From positions 1-27,283 of IMG/VR virus record IMGVR_UViG_3300020239_000018: 27,283 nt of DNA; one strand, given 5' to 3'. The position numbers and the translations under genes were made by a program. This DNA comes from a virus. Its lineage: Duplodnaviria > Caudoviricetes. Within the stretch, counting starts at the first letter, position 1. Each line of letters opens with the position of its first letter. The notes under the pieces were generated by a model. It had not been told where the DNA came from. It made no database searches and worked only from the letters and a program-made list of their open reading frames with translations. Shown piece by piece: positions 26,044 to 27,283 of this stretch.

Positions 26044-26072
26044 TATGTGCCACAGGTAGCCGCTTATGTCAA
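26044..26072 (-). promoter_or_regulatory. Sigma70-like promoter for the leftward recombination operon
   Basis: Perfect TTGACA at 26072-26067 on the - strand, a 17-nt spacer containing TGTG, then a weak -10 (CACATA) ending 6 nt before the ATG at 26037. Confidence 0.45.
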
Positions 26073-26086
26073 TAAGATTCACATAA
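26064..26086. repeat. Imperfect inverted repeat (operator candidate)
   Basis: TTATGTCAAT-AAG-ATTCACATAA; the arms match at 9 of 10 positions as reverse complements and cover both -35 boxes. Confidence 0.55.
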
Positions 26087-26106
26087 AAAGACAATTAGAA
26101 TATAGT
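26078..26106 (+). promoter_or_regulatory. Sigma70-like promoter for the rightward operon
   Basis: TTCACA (26078-26083), 17 nt, TATAGT (26101-26106); each box is one mismatch from consensus. Confidence 0.65.
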
Positions 26107-26113
26107 TTTATTC

Positions 26114-26542
26114 ATGAAGACAGAACGAAAAGTGAACAAAACTCGTAAGAAGATAATTAGGCGTGAGCCTGAACTAAGCTTACAAACTGATATAGTTGAT
26201 ATGCTTCGCAAGAAGCTGAAGAAAAAAGTTTTATTCACAGCCTTCCCTGCTGGTGGCGGTGGTAGGGTAAGGGGTGCTAAACTAAAGAAAGCTGGACTTC
26301 AGGCAGGGTGGCCTGATATCCAGCTTATTTATCAGGGCTACTACTATGGCCTTGAAGTTAAGACAGAAACAGGAAGGCTATCTCCAGCACAAACTGATTT
26401 ACACAAGAGACTGACGGAAGACGGTTGTTCTGTTGCCGTTGCTCGTTCAGTCTCTGATGCACTGGAGATAATAGTTGACTGGGGTCTCGCTAGAAAGCAT
26501 AAACAGAATGTGGAGAGCGGTAGTCCTACAAGCACTGCTTGA
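26114..26542 (+). CDS. VRR-NUC domain nuclease (Holliday junction resolvase-like)
   Basis: E..LQ..IV, GLQAGWPDI, LEVKTETGRLSPAQ motifs. Confidence 0.85.
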   Translation: MKTERKVNKTRKKIIRREPELSLQTDIVDMLRKKLKKKVLFTAFPAGGGGRVRGAKLKKAGLQAGWPDIQLIYQGYYYGLEVKTETGRLSPAQTDLHKRLTEDGCSVAVARSVSDALEIIVDWGLARKHKQNVESGSPTSTA

Positions 26543-26840
26543 CGCCGCAGGACTTGGACGCTCGATAAATCCCTCATGGCCTGAGTGGAAACACGAACAG
26601 ATAAAGCGAGAAGCTATTGACTGGCTTCTCGGTGGGGGGAGTGACTTCCGTGAAGTTTGTGAAGCCGCAACGATACCAGAGGATGCTGTCGTTATTTTTG
26701 CCAAACGTCTCGCCAAGGGGGATGTTGAAGCAAAAAAATCATTAATAGAATGGCGTGATACATTCGCCAAACAAGGAAGGAAACTGACTGATGACATGGA
26801 AGTCGAACAAGAACCCGATGTTTCGGACGAAATTTTCTGA
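26475..26840 (+). CDS. Conserved phage hypothetical protein (start uncertain)
   Basis: MWRAVVLQALLDA...REAIDWL...DFREVCEAA pattern; TTG start with upstream GGAG, alternative ATG at 26508. Confidence 0.65.
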   Translation: MTGVSLESINRMWRAVVLQALLDAAGLGRSINPSWPEWKHEQIKREAIDWLLGGGSDFREVCEAATIPEDAVVIFAKRLAKGDVEAKKSLIEWRDTFAKQGRKLTDDMEVEQEPDVSDEIF

Positions 26841-27283
26841 GGATATCTTTAATACAAAGTATGCACATGAGAATGCAACCACATGGGCTGAACTTGCCCG
26901 TACCTTGGTAGAGGATGTGTGTCGTGACATGATGCCTCAAGAAGAGAAGGATGAATTGACTGACCACCTTACGAATCTTCGCTGGGTAGCTGGGGGCCGT
27001 TACCTTTATTATGCTGGTCGAAAAAATAAGTTCTTCAATAACTGTTTCTTGTTACGGGCTGAAGAAGATACGCGAGAAGACTGGGCCAACTTGTCTTGGA
27101 AAGCAGAGTCATGTCTAATGACTGGTGGTGGAATAGGTATTGACTACTCAATATACCGTCCAGCAGGGTCGGCACTTGGCGGAACTGGTGGAACTGCATC
27201 AGGTGCCGTCACTAAAATGCGTATGATTAATGAGATTGGTCGGTCGGTAATGCAGGGTGGGTCACGCCGCTCTGCTATATATG
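26791..27283 (+). CDS. nrdJ: Ribonucleotide reductase, class II (B12-dependent)-like, 3'-truncated by the window edge (not in ORF track)
   Basis: Hand translation gives MTWKSNKNPMFRTKFSEDIFNTKYAH...TWAELA...AGGRYLYYAGR..FFNNCFLL...DTREDW...MTGGGIGIDYS..RP.G....TGG.ASG...QGGSRRSA, which are RNR core motifs. No ATP cone; SD AGGAAGG. Confidence 0.8.
   Translation, partial: MTWKSNKNPMFRTKFSEDIFNTKYAHENATTWAELARTLVEDVCRDMMPQEEKDELTDHLTNLRWVAGGRYLYYAGRKNKFFNNCFLLRAEEDTREDWANLSWKAESCLMTGGGIGIDYSIYRPAGSALGGTGGTASGAVTKMRMINEIGRSVMQGGSRRSAIY

Noticed and set aside
26038-26094. N-terminal extension of the exonuclease ORF given in the track
   Set aside because: It overlaps the promoter and palindrome elements; the ATG at 26037 is the more plausible start.
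233-26967. Numerous short antisense or alternate-frame ORFs in the track (e.g. 4020-4391, 7443-7952, 9243-9629, 11645-11998, 26447-26797)
   Set aside because: They lie within well-supported genes, lack recognisable motifs, and look like shadow ORFs.
1-27283. tRNA, rRNA, IS elements, introns/inteins or stop-codon reassignment
   Set aside because: None recognised. Genes tile the window under the standard code with almost no non-coding space. A small structured RNA could be missed by eye.

Overview
A 27 kb piece of a tailed-phage genome. It is podovirus-like, with gene families typical of marine phages of Alphaproteobacteria; the host assignment is inference. The + strand (1-23061) is one dense late/structural operon. 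In order it carries an array of short tail-fibre/adhesin genes (two C1q-like, one beta-propeller, a fibre-assembly chaperone), a 20-aa-periodic structural protein, a fibre/adhesin pair, a P22 gp10-like tail/stabilisation protein, a GNAT acetyltransferase, DNA-ejection (internal virion) proteins ending in a 2717-aa polyvalent protein, and a lysis cassette (membrane proteins, holin-like protein, GH24 lysozyme). A convergent - strand block (23092-26037) encodes a PD-(D/E)XK exonuclease, an ssDNA-annealing protein, an SSB, a DUF968/HNH-like protein, an RHH and an HTH regulator. Back-to-back sigma70-like promoters at about 26044-26106 separate it from a + strand block (VRR-NUC nuclease, a hypothetical, and a class II ribonucleotide reductase running off the end). 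The most striking observation concerns the giant ejection protein: its cargo modules (zincin peptidase, unknown AT-rich module, HhH-GPD glycosylase-like domain, LPD38 region) are each preceded by an E-A-S-x-R pentapeptide, which suggests a processed or cassette-built polyprotein delivery system. All family assignments come from motif recognition by eye, not database searches.
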